Below are positions 63,045 to 64,000 of a stretch of 64,000 nt of DNA, one piece after another. The stretch comes from Phoronis australis (Eukaryota; Animalia; Phoronida): assembly GCA_002633005.1 (NCBI GenBank), contig NMRA01000245.1, positions 186,001 through 250,000 of the forward strand. Reading direction: 5' to 3'. Below the pieces are notes generated by a model. It saw nothing but the letters and a program-made list of their open reading frames with translations, was not told the origin of the DNA and searched no databases. The translations under genes were made by a program, and so were the position numbers. Positions within the stretch are counted from its first letter, which is position 1. Each line of letters begins with the position of its first letter.

Positions 63045-64000
63045 CTAGGGAGAAGCAAGGCAACTTATATTAAGGTCATGACCTTATCAACGTGTCTGTG
63101 TATTCAGCCAAATATTTATAACACTTCAGAATTCAACTCAGAAAAGTGTACATTTTCTGAAACCCTGTAGAGTGTGATGTTTGTATATATCATTGAAATT
63201 GTTGCTGCATATGTATAAGTAATATTTTGATGACCAGACATCATGCTTTCCAGCCCCCACTGGGCTTAACTCTTTTTATTGTCACATGGTATTTTTGTAA
63301 CAAACATTGAAAAAATGTGATTTTTGACTTTGTACCAATCTGCCATTGATTGAATCATGTGATAACGTATTTTTAGTAAAAAACATACAATCAGAGCAAT
63401 GGTATCAAGAACGTGACCAAATTTCATTTGGTAAAAATGTTAAAGATGAAAGTTCAAAAATACTGTTAGTTTTCAAATTTATCATTTCGTTATCGTTATA
63501 TGCAACTTTTCTTGAAGGTCCTATTTTGATAGCCCCTCGTGCAAAAGTGGATAAAAATTCCTAACAGCGTGTTGGACAACAGTGCATAAATCACAATATC
63601 TAAAAGTTTCATACAAATCAGATCAACCATTTCTGAGATACGATGTTCCAAAGTTAGCCAAATTTGGACACATAACCTTAACATAAAAATGCTAGGAGTC
63701 CCAATTTTTATAGCTTCTCTTGCCAAAGAGGAACATTTAAAAACAATTCCAAAACATTTTTGGGGAACAGAACATAACGTACAGTATTCGAAAGATCCGA
63801 ATGAATCTAATCAGCCATTTCTGAGATAAGATATTTCGAACTTAGTCAAATTTGGACATCTTTCACGGGTTACACACCAAGCCAGTTACTGCACACACAT
63901 GCACCAGTAATGTTCTGAATATGAATACAAGACAAATTTGCCACTTTTATACTACCCAACATGTAAATACAGCAATTCAAATTATTTGAAGTATCTACCA

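Overview
This is AT-rich, intron-rich eukaryotic DNA, most likely an invertebrate bilaterian (inferred from gene content and repeat types), and not prokaryotic. Three genes are recognisable. (1) Exon 1 of a KDM3/JMJD1C histone demethylase lies on the minus strand (32024-32179); its first intron appears to fill the left ~32 kb. (2) A complete REEP1-4 subfamily ER-shaping gene lies on the plus strand, head-to-head with it across a 621-bp spacer. It has 9 core coding exons (32801-54640, ~280 aa), plus a candidate 27-nt microexon, a large acidic alternative exon and an alternative last exon. (3) The last coding exon of TMEM127 lies on the minus strand (62713-63044), convergent with REEP. The rest is intron/UTR populated by at least six dispersed non-autonomous repeat families (mostly TIR/MITE type), a nested Mutator-like foldback with a 9-bp TSD, an inverted pair of tRNA-derived SINEs, a perfect 36-bp palindrome and several minisatellites. 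Most short ORFs in the supplied track are not supported as genes. All family assignments come from recalled protein motifs and splice logic, not from database searches.
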